From assembly GCA_034927345.1 (NCBI GenBank), contig JAYFQE010000012.1, forward strand, positions 30,176-94,175: 64,000 bases of DNA, in the 5' to 3' direction. A program made the translations under genes and the position numbers. This DNA comes from Clostridiaceae bacterium (GTDB lineage Bacteria; Bacillota; Clostridia; Saccharofermentanales; UBA5734). The notes under the pieces are model-generated. The model was not told the origin of the DNA. It ran no database searches and was given only the letters and a program-made list of their open reading frames with translations. How positions within the stretch are numbered: the stretch's first letter is position 1; every line of letters begins with the position of its first letter. Shown piece after piece: positions 9,699 to 20,432 of the stretch.

Positions 9699-11291
9699 AT
9701 GAAAAAAGCATCAATCTTTTTCTTGTGTCTGATTCTGCTGCTTTCAATGGCTATGACCGGATGCCAGTCCGCAGCGACAACTACGGCGACAACGGCTAAT
9801 ACGACCAGCGCGACGACAGCCAAGGCAACAGAAGCCACGACAACAGAACCTACGGCCTCGACAAAGGAATTTGTTGAATTAGAATGGTATACGCCGGCAG
9901 GCGATTGTCCTGACGCGCAAATGGTTTTTGACGCTCTGAACGTTTCTCTGAAGGATAAAATCAATGCGAAGGTCAATATCCATAGCGTTCCCATCGCTGA
10001 TTATGGAACAAAAATGACCGCCGTAGTCGGCGCCGGCCAAGCCTGCGACATTTTTACGACAGACAGTGAATTCCCGTTCGCCAATCAGGTTGCCCAGGGC
10101 GCTTGCCTTGACATTACCAAACTGCTTCCGATTTATGCTCCCGACATCATGGCTTTGCTTCCTGAAGGCATGTGGGCCGGCGCCAGCTATAAAAATGCTG
10201 TCTACGCGATTCCGACCTATAAAGACAACGCCAGCCTCAAAGGTTTGCAGTATAACAAAACCTGGGCGGAAAAATATCAGGTAACCATTCCTGAATGGAC
10301 ATCCTTCTCTGAACTCGAAGACGAAATGTATGCCGTCCGCGCCGGTATGGATAAGGAAGGAACCTACAAGGATTATATTCCGGTTGTTGGAACAACGTCA
10401 ATTGAACCCAGTTTCTGGTTTACTTATAATAAGCTGATTTCCGATTTGGCTGTTACAACAGTCACCGGCGTGAATAGCTTTGCCGGACAAGGCGACAGTG
10501 ATAAAGTGTTCTGCCTTTATACGACGGATGAATACAAAGCTTATTGCCATTCCATGTTAAAATGGGTTACCGATCGAATTCTGATCAATAAAAACACAAC
10601 GCCCTGGGGCTTCCATTACGAAAAGGGCGAAGTATTCAGCACAACCTGCGACGGCTGGGCCGATCTGCCTGAGAATTTCTACAGTGAAGATTGGAAAGCT
10701 CAACTGGTTGTGAAGAATCCGGTTGTCATGACCACTTCATCGGTTCAGGGCGCCATGAACGCCATCGCAATTCAATCCAAGAATCCGGAACGTGCCTTGA
10801 TGCTGCTTAATATCGTCAATACCGACACGCCTACCGCAACGCTGCTGCGCTTCGGCATCGAGGGCGAGCATTACAACAGGGACGCCAAAGGCCTTATCTA
10901 TTTTACCGACAGCAAGAGAAATTCCGATTCGTCTGCCTATGGTTATTATCAGTGGTACGGCATTGAGTGGGGCAACATTTTCGCCATGGAATTGCCGGCA
11001 TCCCAGAACCAGAACCTGTGGAAAGCGGTCAAAGCTTATAACGAAAAGGCTTTAGTTGACAAAAATCTCGGTTTCTCTACCGATGTCAGCAAGATCACCA
11101 ATCAAGTAGCCGCTTGCTCAGCCGTTGTTGAAGAGTATAGAGAGAATCTGGAATTAGGCCTGTACTCTGATGACGCCATGGTTGACAGTATGCTGAAGGA
11201 ATTTACCGACAAGCTGAAGGCCAACGGCCTTGAAGAAGTTCTGGCCGAATGCCAGAGCCAGCTCACAGCTTGGCAGGCAGCCAACAAATAA
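9699..11291 (+). CDS. ABC substrate-binding lipoprotein (DUF3502-type C-terminus)
   Basis: AAGGAGG RBS, signal peptide with lipobox MTGC, Thr/Ala-rich linker, SKNPERAL...FGIEGEHY, KLKANGLEEVLAECQSQL. Confidence 0.9.
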   Translation: MKKASIFFLCLILLLSMAMTGCQSAATTTATTANTTSATTAKATEATTTEPTASTKEFVELEWYTPAGDCPDAQMVFDALNVSLKDKINAKVNIHSVPIADYGTKMTAVVGAGQACDIFTTDSEFPFANQVAQGACLDITKLLPIYAPDIMALLPEGMWAGASYKNAVYAIPTYKDNASLKGLQYNKTWAEKYQVTIPEWTSFSELEDEMYAVRAGMDKEGTYKDYIPVVGTTSIEPSFWFTYNKLISDLAVTTVTGVNSFAGQGDSDKVFCLYTTDEYKAYCHSMLKWVTDRILINKNTTPWGFHYEKGEVFSTTCDGWADLPENFYSEDWKAQLVVKNPVVMTTSSVQGAMNAIAIQSKNPERALMLLNIVNTDTPTATLLRFGIEGEHYNRDAKGLIYFTDSKRNSDSSAYGYYQWYGIEWGNIFAMELPASQNQNLWKAVKAYNEKALVDKNLGFSTDVSKITNQVAACSAVVEEYRENLELGLYSDDAMVDSMLKEFTDKLKANGLEEVLAECQSQLTAWQAANK

Positions 11292-11571
11292 GTCATCATT
11301 ATTTAGAATTAATTTCCGAACCGAAACCCGTTAACTCATCCGATCCTATAGCTGACGATGGTTTGGATCACGAAGCCAACACGTGATCCAAACCGCCGCG
11401 GCTGATATCTTGAAAACAATAATTCATGAACGTGTCATTTTCGTATTGCCGGTTAAGTCTTGTGCAAAACCGGCCTGCGCCACTCGTTTGAGGAGTGGCT
11501 TTAATGATGAAAAATATATGAGTCTGAGCTGGTTGCCAGACCCAGTAATGATAAGGAAGGACATGATATCG

Positions 11572-12813
11572 ATGATTAATGAAAGGAAAAAATATGTCAT
11601 AATCGGAACCGGCGGCAGAGGCTGTGATTCATACGGAAAGGTTATTCTGGAAGATTTTTCGGATTGCATCGAGCTGGTCGGCTTATATGACATCAACCCG
11701 AAACGCTGCCGCGTAGTCAGTGAAATGCTTGGCGGCATACCGGCCTTTGAAAGCTTTGAAACGATGATGGACACCGTTAAGCCGGATGGAGCCGTCATTA
11801 CGACAGTAGACCGTTTTCATCACGAATACATCATTAAATGTCTGGATCGCGGCGTCGACGTCATAACCGAGAAACCGATGACCATTGATGCCGACAAGTG
11901 TAACGCGATTCTCGAGGCAGAAAAGCGGAACAACCGGAAAATTAAAGTAATTTTTAATGTTCGTTATGATCCGCACTTTGTGACCATTAAAAAACTGATC
12001 CAGAGCGGCGCGGTCGGTGAAATCATGAACATCGATTATGAATGGCTGCTGGACACCGACCATGGCGCCAGCTATTTCCGCCGTTGGCACCGCATGATGG
12101 AAAATTCGGGCGGTTTGCTTGTTCATAAAGCAACCCATCATTTTGACATTATCAACTGGCTGATTGAACAGGATCCGGTAACGGTCTATGCCAATGGTTC
12201 CTTATCTTTTTATGGCAAGGACAGGAGGCCGCATGGGGAACGGTGCAGCAACTGCCCGTATACCGGCCAATGTGAGTTCTACTGGAAAGTAGACGACTAT
12301 CATCAAAAAATGTACTTGGATTGCGAAAGCGAAGACGGTTATTTTCGCGACCGCTGCCCATTTGATAACGAAATCAATATTTATGATAATATGTCTTTGA
12401 GCGTGAAATATTCAAAAGGCGCTTTAATGAGCTATTCTTTGATCGCCCATAGTCCGTATGAAGGCTGGAAGCTGAATATCAGCGGCAGCAACGGACGAAT
12501 AGAAGCCAATCATTTTTCCAGCGGCCGGGACGCCGGCAGCCCCTGTATGCAGGTTACCGTTTTCAATCGCGACGGCGACGTCATTACCTATGATACGCCC
12601 AAGGTATCCGGCAGCCATGGCGGCGGAGACGCCAAGATCATGCGCATGCTGTTCCGCAACGATATCCCGGACACGCTGCATCAGGCAGCCGGTTCCCGGG
12701 ACGGCGCCATGTCGGTGATGATCGGCAGCTGCGCGAACATAAGTATTCGCGAGGGTGTGCCGGTCCGCGTTGCCGATCTTGTCGATATAACAAAGTATTA
12801 TCCAAATAAGTAA
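11572..12813 (+). CDS. Gfo/Idh/MocA oxidoreductase (YteT-like subgroup)
   Basis: IIGTGGRG, ITEKPM, HGASYFRRWHR, GGLLVHKATHHFD, Cys cluster RCSNC...C, HGGGD. Start is 11563 or 11572. Confidence 0.88.
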   Translation: MINERKKYVIIGTGGRGCDSYGKVILEDFSDCIELVGLYDINPKRCRVVSEMLGGIPAFESFETMMDTVKPDGAVITTVDRFHHEYIIKCLDRGVDVITEKPMTIDADKCNAILEAEKRNNRKIKVIFNVRYDPHFVTIKKLIQSGAVGEIMNIDYEWLLDTDHGASYFRRWHRMMENSGGLLVHKATHHFDIINWLIEQDPVTVYANGSLSFYGKDRRPHGERCSNCPYTGQCEFYWKVDDYHQKMYLDCESEDGYFRDRCPFDNEINIYDNMSLSVKYSKGALMSYSLIAHSPYEGWKLNISGSNGRIEANHFSSGRDAGSPCMQVTVFNRDGDVITYDTPKVSGSHGGGDAKIMRMLFRNDIPDTLHQAAGSRDGAMSVMIGSCANISIREGVPVRVADLVDITKYYPNK

Positions 12814-12897
12814 TTGAGGGAAATCAGGCTGCCGCGCGGCATTTGCTGTTTGCGGCAGCCCAAATGACGAAGATGATTTCACCGGTTGGAGGTTTGT

Positions 12898-13674
12898 GTG
12901 GAAATATTAGTCAGTAAGGATGCCAAAGCATTAGGAAAGAACGCGGCCAGATATGTGGCCGATATCCTGAGAGAAACGATCGCCTTTAAAGATTCGGCTC
13001 GCCTTGTCTTGTCGACAGGCGCGTCACAGTTGACAACATTAGAGGCGCTGGTTCAGGAAGATGTCGATTGGTCTAAGTGCGAAATGTTTCATCTGGATGA
13101 GTATGTCGGTATGAGTGAAACCCATAAAGCCAGTTTTCGCAAATACCTGAAGGAACGCTTCGTTGATCTTGTTCATCCCAAGGCGGCGTATTTTGTTAAC
13201 GGCATTCCTGATGAGATCCCCGCCCTGACCCGGGAATTGCGCCGGGCGCCGATTGATATCGGACTGATCGGCATCGGCGAAAACGCGCATATCGCTTTTA
13301 ATGATCCACCGGCGGATTTTGCAACGCGTGAAGCTTATATCACGGTCACCCTCAATGAAACCTGCCGGAATCAGCAGATTCATGAAGGTTGGTTCGACAC
13401 ATTCGCAGAAGTACCCGAACAGGCGATATCCATGACAGTCTATCAGATCATGCAATGCCGGCACATTATTTCATGTGTTCCATACGCCTGTAAAGCTCAG
13501 GCGATTCAAAAGACGCTTCATAATAATGTAACGAATTTAATTCCGGCCACAATCCTTAAAGAACATAAGCAATTCACCCTTTTTGCGGATCGGGAGTCTT
13601 TTAGTTTGGTCGATCAAACAAAGATCCTGACGGCAATGAATGAGACCGGATATTCGTTGAAAATTGTCGAATAA
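12898..13674 (+). CDS. nagB: Glucosamine-6-phosphate deaminase/6-phosphogluconolactonase family protein
   Basis: LSTGASQ, FHLDEYVG, GIGENAHIAFNDP, PATILKEH. GGAGG RBS before GTG 12898. Confidence 0.7.
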   Translation: MEILVSKDAKALGKNAARYVADILRETIAFKDSARLVLSTGASQLTTLEALVQEDVDWSKCEMFHLDEYVGMSETHKASFRKYLKERFVDLVHPKAAYFVNGIPDEIPALTRELRRAPIDIGLIGIGENAHIAFNDPPADFATREAYITVTLNETCRNQQIHEGWFDTFAEVPEQAISMTVYQIMQCRHIISCVPYACKAQAIQKTLHNNVTNLIPATILKEHKQFTLFADRESFSLVDQTKILTAMNETGYSLKIVE

Positions 13675-13759
13675 TTCAAAACAGGCGTAACGCCTGCGGA
13701 TTATCCTATCATCCGCAGACGGTGTGCCGGGGACCGTCCGGCCGGAAAGGATGCTGGTT

Positions 13760-15244
13760 ATGAACGAGGCAGAATCACTGCTCAAAATGTCGCCTGAGTC
13801 GGCGGGAATATCATCCGCGCATATTATGGAATTGATCAGCGAACTGGCTGATCAACAGATCAATATGCACGGTTTTATCATGATCAGGCACAATCATGTT
13901 ATTGCTGAGGGATATTGGAAACCCTTTGACGAACATTTCATGCACCGTATGTATTCATCCAGCAAATCCTTCGTTTCAACGGCTATCGGTTTAATGATCG
14001 ACGAAGGAAAACTGTCGCTTTCTGATAAAATCGCCGATTATTTTCCGGAGTACCAGCCGGAACACATCGATCCGCGGATCGCCGGCATGACGATACGGAA
14101 CCTGCTGACCATGGCGACTGCGAATGACGGCGCGAATTATTCCCAATTTACCGAAGACTGGAATAACAGTTTTTTCAACACCCCGGCCAACCATTTGCCT
14201 GGAACATTTTTCCATTATGACACCGGCGGCAGCAACTGCCTGGCCGCGTTGGTTGAGAAATTGAACGGCATGCCTTTCCTGGAATATATGCGGCCAAGAA
14301 TTCTCGATCCGATTGGTTTTTCCAAAGACGCGTTTTGTATTCAAAATCCGGACGGTTATTCTTTTGGCGGTTCCGGCGTGATTTGCACGACGAGAGACTT
14401 GGCCAGATTAGCGCTTGTCTGGCTGAATAAAGGCAAATATAAAGGACGGCAGCTGATATCGGAACAGTATATTACGGAAGCAAGTTCAAAGCAGATCGAT
14501 ACAGATGTTCGTCCTTTTGCGGATTTCAACAGAAATTCCGGTTATGGTTATCAGGTTTGGATGATGCGTGATCATGGCTTCGCTTTCAGGGGCATGGGGT
14601 CGCAGCTGGCCATATGCCTGCCGGACCGGGATTTCCTTTTTGTCTGCACGGCGGATACCCAATCGAAACCATGCGGCGACGGTTTATTGTTTCAAGCCTT
14701 ATGGCGCTGCGTGATTAACCGGATGACCGACCAGACATTGCCGGAAGAACCGGCTTGCCATGCCGCTTTGGAAAGCCAATTGGCGAACCTGGAAGTTTTG
14801 CTGCCTGAAGGCGCGCCATCTTCGCCTTTTGCCGCTGCTGTCAACGGAAAAACGTACGTTATGAAGCCCAACCGTATGGGGATAACCCGCGTAAAATTTG
14901 ATTTCGACGCCGATCATGTGCTTTTTTCTTACACGAATGAGCAAGGCGATAAACAACTCAAGCTTGGCTTGGGCCAATATATAATGGATCGTTTTCCGCA
15001 GACCGGTTATTCAGGGCGTAAGATCAATGTTCCTTCTGATCAGGGGTATCAATGCTTGAATGCCGCCACCTGGGTTGAGAATCACAAATTGCAGCTGACG
15101 ATAAACGCGGTTGATTTATATTTTGGCAATCTGACCGCAATATTTTCTTTTCAGGAAAATGCTGTCAGTGTCTATATGGTCCCGCACGCCGAATGGTTTT
15201 TTACCGAGTATAACGGTTTCGCCGCCGGATATGCGCAATCGTGA
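13760..15244 (+). CDS. Beta-lactamase-fold serine hydrolase (esterase/amidase), cytoplasmic
   Basis: SxxK (MYSSSKS), LLTM, PGTFFHYD, GYGYQVW, GMGSQ. No signal peptide. Confidence 0.85.
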   Translation: MNEAESLLKMSPESAGISSAHIMELISELADQQINMHGFIMIRHNHVIAEGYWKPFDEHFMHRMYSSSKSFVSTAIGLMIDEGKLSLSDKIADYFPEYQPEHIDPRIAGMTIRNLLTMATANDGANYSQFTEDWNNSFFNTPANHLPGTFFHYDTGGSNCLAALVEKLNGMPFLEYMRPRILDPIGFSKDAFCIQNPDGYSFGGSGVICTTRDLARLALVWLNKGKYKGRQLISEQYITEASSKQIDTDVRPFADFNRNSGYGYQVWMMRDHGFAFRGMGSQLAICLPDRDFLFVCTADTQSKPCGDGLLFQALWRCVINRMTDQTLPEEPACHAALESQLANLEVLLPEGAPSSPFAAAVNGKTYVMKPNRMGITRVKFDFDADHVLFSYTNEQGDKQLKLGLGQYIMDRFPQTGYSGRKINVPSDQGYQCLNAATWVENHKLQLTINAVDLYFGNLTAIFSFQENAVSVYMVPHAEWFFTEYNGFAAGYAQS

Positions 15245-15284
15245 CAGGTGGTTTATAAAAGAACCGTGCCGGAAAGGATAAAAC

Positions 15285-16769
15285 ATGAAAGATTTGAAGC
15301 CATTGCCGCAGTCATCGCCTGAATTGACAGGCGTTTCTTCGGGAGATATCCTGGAATTTTTACAGGCGATAGAAGATCAACGGATCAATTTGCATAGTTA
15401 TATGATGATCCGGGATAACCAGATCATTGCGGAAGGGTATTGGAAACCCTTTCATGCCGAATTCATGCACCGTATGTATTCGGTCAGCAAATCCTTTGTA
15501 TCCACCGCTGTCGGCATGATGGCCGATGAAGGGAAAATCAGCCTGACGGACAAAATCGTGAAGTACTTTCCGGACAAGCTGCCGGATCCCGTCCATCCCT
15601 ATATTATGGAGATGACAATCCGCGATATGCTGATGATGGCGACGGTCCGTGACGGATCAGTCTATGGCGACGACTGGACCCGCGAGTTTTTCAGCGCGGA
15701 AGCGACGCACAAGCCTGGTTCAATTTTCTTTTATGATACGTCGGGGAGCAATACGCTGGCAGCGTTGGTTGAGCGGGTGAGCGGCATGCCGTTACTGGAT
15801 TACATGCGGCCGCGGCTTCTTGATCGTCTCGGTTTTTCCCGGGACGCCTGGTGCATCCAGACGCCGGACGGCTATTCCTTCGGCGGATCGGGCGTTATTT
15901 GCACCATGCGCGATCTGGCCAAGGTGGCTCTGGTCTGGCTGAATCAAGGCCGATATCAAGGTGAGCAGCTTATCTCCGAAAATTATATCAAAGCGGCATC
16001 CACCAGGCAGATCGACAATGTCATGCCGGCTTTTTCATCAGTCGGCCTGAATGCCGGGTACGGCTACCAGACCTGGATCTTGCGTGATCATGGCTTTGCT
16101 TTTGAAGGGATGGGTTCGCAGCTGGCGATTTGCTATCCCGATAAAAACTTCCTGTTTGTCTGTACGGGAGATACGCAAACCAGTCAGGCTGGCGATAGTC
16201 GGATTATCGAAACGCTTTGGAGGCTTGTTGTCAATAAAATACAATCAGAATCCCTTCCCGAGAATCCCGCTTTCCTGCGCCGGCTGGAAGAAGTATCAGG
16301 ATCGCTGGAAGTCTTGCTGCCCGAGGGAAAGCCGGAATCACCGCTAGCCGGGAAAATCAGCGGCAAGACCTATGTTCTGGAACCGAATGATACCGGCATA
16401 TCCAAAGTGCGCCTTGATTTTTCGGACGATCGCGTTTTATTTTCCTATACGAATAAAACGGGCGACAAACAAATCGTTTATGGTCTGGGGAAGTATCTGG
16501 ATGGAGAATTTCCGGATCATAGCGGTCATTATTACGGCGCGAAAATCGGCACGCCGGCAAGCCGGGGGTATCACTGCATGAACGCCGCCGTCTGGGTCGA
16601 AGAAAACAAGATTCAGCTGGTCACGAATGCCGTTGACGACTATTTTGGCAACTTGACGGTATCATTGGCTTTTATGGACAATGAAATCAGCCTTTATGGC
16701 CTTTCCTGCGCCGAATGGTTCTTCCGGGAATATAACGGGTTTGGAAGCGGTAAAGCTCGGCAAGATTAA
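15285..16769 (+). CDS. Beta-lactamase-fold serine hydrolase, tandem paralogue of 13760-15244
   Basis: MYSVSKS, PGSIFFYD, GYGYQTW, GMGSQLAIC. Colinear with the upstream protein over its whole length. Confidence 0.85.
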   Translation: MKDLKPLPQSSPELTGVSSGDILEFLQAIEDQRINLHSYMMIRDNQIIAEGYWKPFHAEFMHRMYSVSKSFVSTAVGMMADEGKISLTDKIVKYFPDKLPDPVHPYIMEMTIRDMLMMATVRDGSVYGDDWTREFFSAEATHKPGSIFFYDTSGSNTLAALVERVSGMPLLDYMRPRLLDRLGFSRDAWCIQTPDGYSFGGSGVICTMRDLAKVALVWLNQGRYQGEQLISENYIKAASTRQIDNVMPAFSSVGLNAGYGYQTWILRDHGFAFEGMGSQLAICYPDKNFLFVCTGDTQTSQAGDSRIIETLWRLVVNKIQSESLPENPAFLRRLEEVSGSLEVLLPEGKPESPLAGKISGKTYVLEPNDTGISKVRLDFSDDRVLFSYTNKTGDKQIVYGLGKYLDGEFPDHSGHYYGAKIGTPASRGYHCMNAAVWVEENKIQLVTNAVDDYFGNLTVSLAFMDNEISLYGLSCAEWFFREYNGFGSGKARQD

Positions 16770-16815
16770 TTTGTCCTGGCATTGACCGTCGGTGGATGAA
16801 AGGAAAACGCCTAAA

Positions 16816-17838
16816 ATGGATCTATGGACAGAAGAATTGCTGAACGAACGCTTAACAACGCCGTCTCCCGCTTTGATTGAGGACATTAAACAGATTAAAG
16901 GCGATATCCTGGTTATCGGCGCTGCCGGAAAAATGGGCCCGAGTTTATGTGTGTTGGCTAAAAAGGCAGCTGAAGCGGCAGGCGTTGCCAAGCAAGTTAC
17001 CGCCGTCTCCCGCTTTTCGGATCAGGAAACAGTTCAGTACTTATCCAAAAATGGCATCAGGATGATTCAGTGCGATTTACTTAAAGACGGCGCTGTCGAC
17101 GCGCTTCCGGATGTTGAAAATATTATCTATATGGCCGGAAAGAAATTTGGCACAGCCGATAATGAATGCATGACCTGGGCGATGAACGCAACGCTGCCCG
17201 CTCTGGCGGCGCGTAAGTTCAAAAAGTCGCGCATTGTCGCCTTCTCAACCGGTAATGTTTATCCGCCGGTTCCGCTTCATACAGCCGGCATAACGGAAGA
17301 ATGTCCTGTCAATCCGGTCGGTGAATATGCCATGAGCTGTCTGGCCCGTGAACGTGCTTTTGAATATGCTGCCAGCCAGTATGGTACAAAAGTGTTCATT
17401 TTCCGGCTTAATTATGCTGTCGATTTACGCTATGGTCTCTTATATGACTTGGCAAACCTGATCATGCAGAATAAACCGATTCCATTGGCTTCACCTTGCG
17501 TCAATTGTATCTGGCAAGGCAGCGCCAATGAAATGGCTATAAGGGCTCTGCTGCATGCTGCTTCGCCGGCCAATAAAATGAATATAACCGGACCGGAGCT
17601 TTATTCTGTACGTAAAACAGCCGGACTTTTGGGAAAGTATCTGGGACGTGAGCCTGCATTCAGCGGAGAAGAAGGCAACGACGCCTTTATCATCGATTCG
17701 TCACGCGCCATGGAGACATTTGGCTATCCCGCGGTTTCTTCAGCCCGACTCATTCGCTGGCAGGCAGAGTGGCTTCTTGCCGGAGGACGGACGCTGGATA
17801 AGCCGACCCATTTTGAAGAGCGCCAGGGCAAGTTTTGA
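16816..17838 (+). CDS. NAD-dependent epimerase/dehydratase (extended SDR)
   Basis: VIGAAGKMGP Rossmann motif, FSTGNVY, EYAMSCLARE, RLNYA. Start is 16792 or 16816. Confidence 0.82.
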   Translation: MDLWTEELLNERLTTPSPALIEDIKQIKGDILVIGAAGKMGPSLCVLAKKAAEAAGVAKQVTAVSRFSDQETVQYLSKNGIRMIQCDLLKDGAVDALPDVENIIYMAGKKFGTADNECMTWAMNATLPALAARKFKKSRIVAFSTGNVYPPVPLHTAGITEECPVNPVGEYAMSCLARERAFEYAASQYGTKVFIFRLNYAVDLRYGLLYDLANLIMQNKPIPLASPCVNCIWQGSANEMAIRALLHAASPANKMNITGPELYSVRKTAGLLGKYLGREPAFSGEEGNDAFIIDSSRAMETFGYPAVSSARLIRWQAEWLLAGGRTLDKPTHFEERQGKF

Positions 17839-17915
17839 CAACCGGCTTTGCCGGCATCGTATCCTAAACAGAAATGAATAAAAAACTGATCTGATCAGTA
17901 AAGTGAGGTAAGAAT

Positions 17916-19238
17916 ATGAAAATAACACTCGTTGGCGGCGGATCTTATAGTTGGACAGACAGCTTGTTTGCAAGCTTTCTGGGCAATCCTTTTTTTGATC
18001 ATGAAACGGAACTCTGCCTGTATGATATGAATGAAAAGGCACTGTCTGATCTGCAGGCCTACTGCGCCATGTATAATCAGGCGTTTCCGGATCTGGCTAT
18101 CCGCGTTACGACGACAACGTCGCTGGATCAATCATTGAATGGCGCAGACTATGTGATCGCGGCCATTTCACACGGCGGATTGAAAGCCGAGCTGGAGGAT
18201 CATTATATTGCCCGCCGGCACGGCTTTTATAACGTCAAGGGCAGTGAAGCGGGTATTGCCGGCGCATCGAGAACCATCCGCCATGTCCCGGAACTGGTAC
18301 GAATCGCCAGGAGAATGCGCGAGCTTTGTCCTGATGCCAGATTTCTGAATGTGACCAATCCGCTGACCGCCTTGACGCGGGCGATAACGAAATATACCGG
18401 AATCGAAGCCATCGGCTTCTGCCATGGCATTAAAAATCATCTTGAGCTGCTTCTCCCCTATATTGGCGCTAAAAGCGTCAGCGAATTGAATTTCGAAGTG
18501 GCCGGCATTGATCATTGCTCCTTCTTGCTCGACGTCAAATATCATCAGCAAGATGTATTTGAGCTTCTGCGCGGCAGCGGCCGGATCGAAGCGGCCTGGC
18601 GCGGAGAATCGTCAGGGACTTATGACGATCCTTTCGCCGGTCGGGAAAATCAACGGATACGGTTTATTCTCTGGGATATTCTCGGTTATTTGCCGGGACT
18701 GAGCGATGAACATTGCGCCGAGTTTTATTATCAGGTTATCGGTACGCCGGCTTTGCGCGAAAAGTTCAATATGCATTATGACCGCATCGCGGACAGAACA
18801 AAATCTGCCAATTCAGCCAGAGAGAATCTGCTTGCTGCAATAAAAGCCGGGCCGAAACCGGCAGTTCCGACCTGTTCAGAGATTCTGGACCGTTTTATCG
18901 AAGCCATTAATGGCGGCCGTCCGCTCCATGATGTCCTGAACTACCGTAATTATGGCCAGGTTCCCAATCTGCCGTTGGATACGGTGGTAGAGACATGGTG
19001 TTATGTTGACTCCACAGGCATTCATCCGGAAATAACCCGGCCGATGCCCAAAATTGTCGAGTCGATTGTCCGGCCGATGGCTTTGCGGGAAGAACTGTAT
19101 ATGGAAGCCGCAATGGAGCAGGACGAACGAAAACTGGTGTCTGCTTTGGCCATGGATCCGATTGTCAATGATTTTCTGCAGATTAAACAGGTTGCTCATG
19201 AAATAATGGAATACAACAGCCAGTTTCTGATAAAATAA
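17916..19238 (+). CDS. Glycoside hydrolase family 4 (NAD+/Mn2+-dependent alpha-glycosidase)
   Basis: KITLVGGGS, GADYVI, LNVTNP, GFCHG, GIDH, N.GQVPNLP.D.VVE. Confidence 0.88.
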   Translation: MKITLVGGGSYSWTDSLFASFLGNPFFDHETELCLYDMNEKALSDLQAYCAMYNQAFPDLAIRVTTTTSLDQSLNGADYVIAAISHGGLKAELEDHYIARRHGFYNVKGSEAGIAGASRTIRHVPELVRIARRMRELCPDARFLNVTNPLTALTRAITKYTGIEAIGFCHGIKNHLELLLPYIGAKSVSELNFEVAGIDHCSFLLDVKYHQQDVFELLRGSGRIEAAWRGESSGTYDDPFAGRENQRIRFILWDILGYLPGLSDEHCAEFYYQVIGTPALREKFNMHYDRIADRTKSANSARENLLAAIKAGPKPAVPTCSEILDRFIEAINGGRPLHDVLNYRNYGQVPNLPLDTVVETWCYVDSTGIHPEITRPMPKIVESIVRPMALREELYMEAAMEQDERKLVSALAMDPIVNDFLQIKQVAHEIMEYNSQFLIK

Positions 19239-19286
19239 CCGGATAAGATTGCAGAATCATCCTTTATAAGCAGAAGGGAACAGGAT

Positions 19287-20399
19287 ATGAAAATAGTATT
19301 GATTGGCGCAGGCGGATACGGCGTTACCTATTTATCGATTTATGAGAATTATATCGATAAAGAAAAACACACCCTCTGCGCTGTCGTTGATCCCTATGCG
19401 GATCGGTCCAACTCTTACACGTATATTACAGAACACCATATTCCGGTTTTCCAGACCCTGGATGATTTTTACTGTCATGATACGGCGGATCTGGTCATCA
19501 TTTCCTCGCCGATCCAGTTTCATAAGGAACAAACGCTGACCGCTGTCCGGCACGGATCCCATGTTCTTTGCGAAAAGCCGCTGACAGCAAGGGTTGAAGA
19601 CGCGCTGGAGATGCAAAAGGCAGCCCGGGAAGCCGGATGCAAGATCGGCGTCGGGTTCCAGTGGTCCTTTAACGATGCCAATGCCAAACTCCGGAAGGAT
19701 ATCCAATCGGGGCTTTATGGCCGTCCCTTGTGCTTCAAAACCTGCATGTCCTGGCCGCGGCCTAAAGAATATTTCGAAGGAAGTACCTGGAAGGGCCGCG
19801 TTTTTGATAAAAATTCGGGCTCGCCCATCTACGACAGCATTGTCACCAATGCGACCGCCCATTACCTGCACAATCTCTTTTTTATCGCTGCTTCACAGCC
19901 ACGTTCGTTCAACTATATTATTTATCGGGCTTATGACATAGAAACCTTTGATACCTGTGTGATCAAGGGCGTCATGGAAAACGGCTGCGAATTTTTCTAC
20001 GGCGGGACGTTTGTCGGTGAAATCAAGACTGATGTCGTTCAGGAATTGAAGTTTGCGCATGGAACGGTCCGTTATGGCGAGGGTCAAGACGACTTCCTGA
20101 AGGGTTATCTGAATGACGGAACCGTGATTGATTATGGCACGATGTCCGGTTCGCGCGATGTGGCAAACAAATTGATCAAGATGATCGAGTGCATTGAGCA
20201 TAACACGAATCCCCTGTGTTCTGTCGATGAGATCGTGCCCTATCTGTCGGTTTGCAATCAGATCTTTGAAAAACTGGATGTGACTGCCTTTCCCAGGGAA
20301 ATGATTTCCGATATCGGCGAACGGTTAGTGGTCAAAGGATTGTGGGAAAAAATATCGACAGCTTTCGATCAGTGCGAGCTGCCGGCGTCGCTTCTTTAA
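19287..20399 (+). CDS. Gfo/Idh/MocA oxidoreductase
   Basis: LIGAGGYG, HVLCEKP, VGFQWSF, DSIVTNATAHYLHN. Confidence 0.88.
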   Translation: MKIVLIGAGGYGVTYLSIYENYIDKEKHTLCAVVDPYADRSNSYTYITEHHIPVFQTLDDFYCHDTADLVIISSPIQFHKEQTLTAVRHGSHVLCEKPLTARVEDALEMQKAAREAGCKIGVGFQWSFNDANAKLRKDIQSGLYGRPLCFKTCMSWPRPKEYFEGSTWKGRVFDKNSGSPIYDSIVTNATAHYLHNLFFIAASQPRSFNYIIYRAYDIETFDTCVIKGVMENGCEFFYGGTFVGEIKTDVVQELKFAHGTVRYGEGQDDFLKGYLNDGTVIDYGTMSGSRDVANKLIKMIECIEHNTNPLCSVDEIVPYLSVCNQIFEKLDVTAFPREMISDIGERLVVKGLWEKISTAFDQCELPASLL

Positions 20400-20432
20400 G
20401 TCAGACTGATTTGCAGCAAAGGATGAAAAATC

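Noticed and set aside
9770-9860. ACN/GCN-rich low-complexity stretches (also near 29755-29825 and 57285-57385)
   Set aside because: They encode Thr/Ala/Ser lipoprotein linkers and are not arrays or CRISPR.
13760-16769. Beta-lactam resistance genes
   Set aside because: No signal peptides, a catabolic operon context, and no class A/C-specific KTG motif seen.
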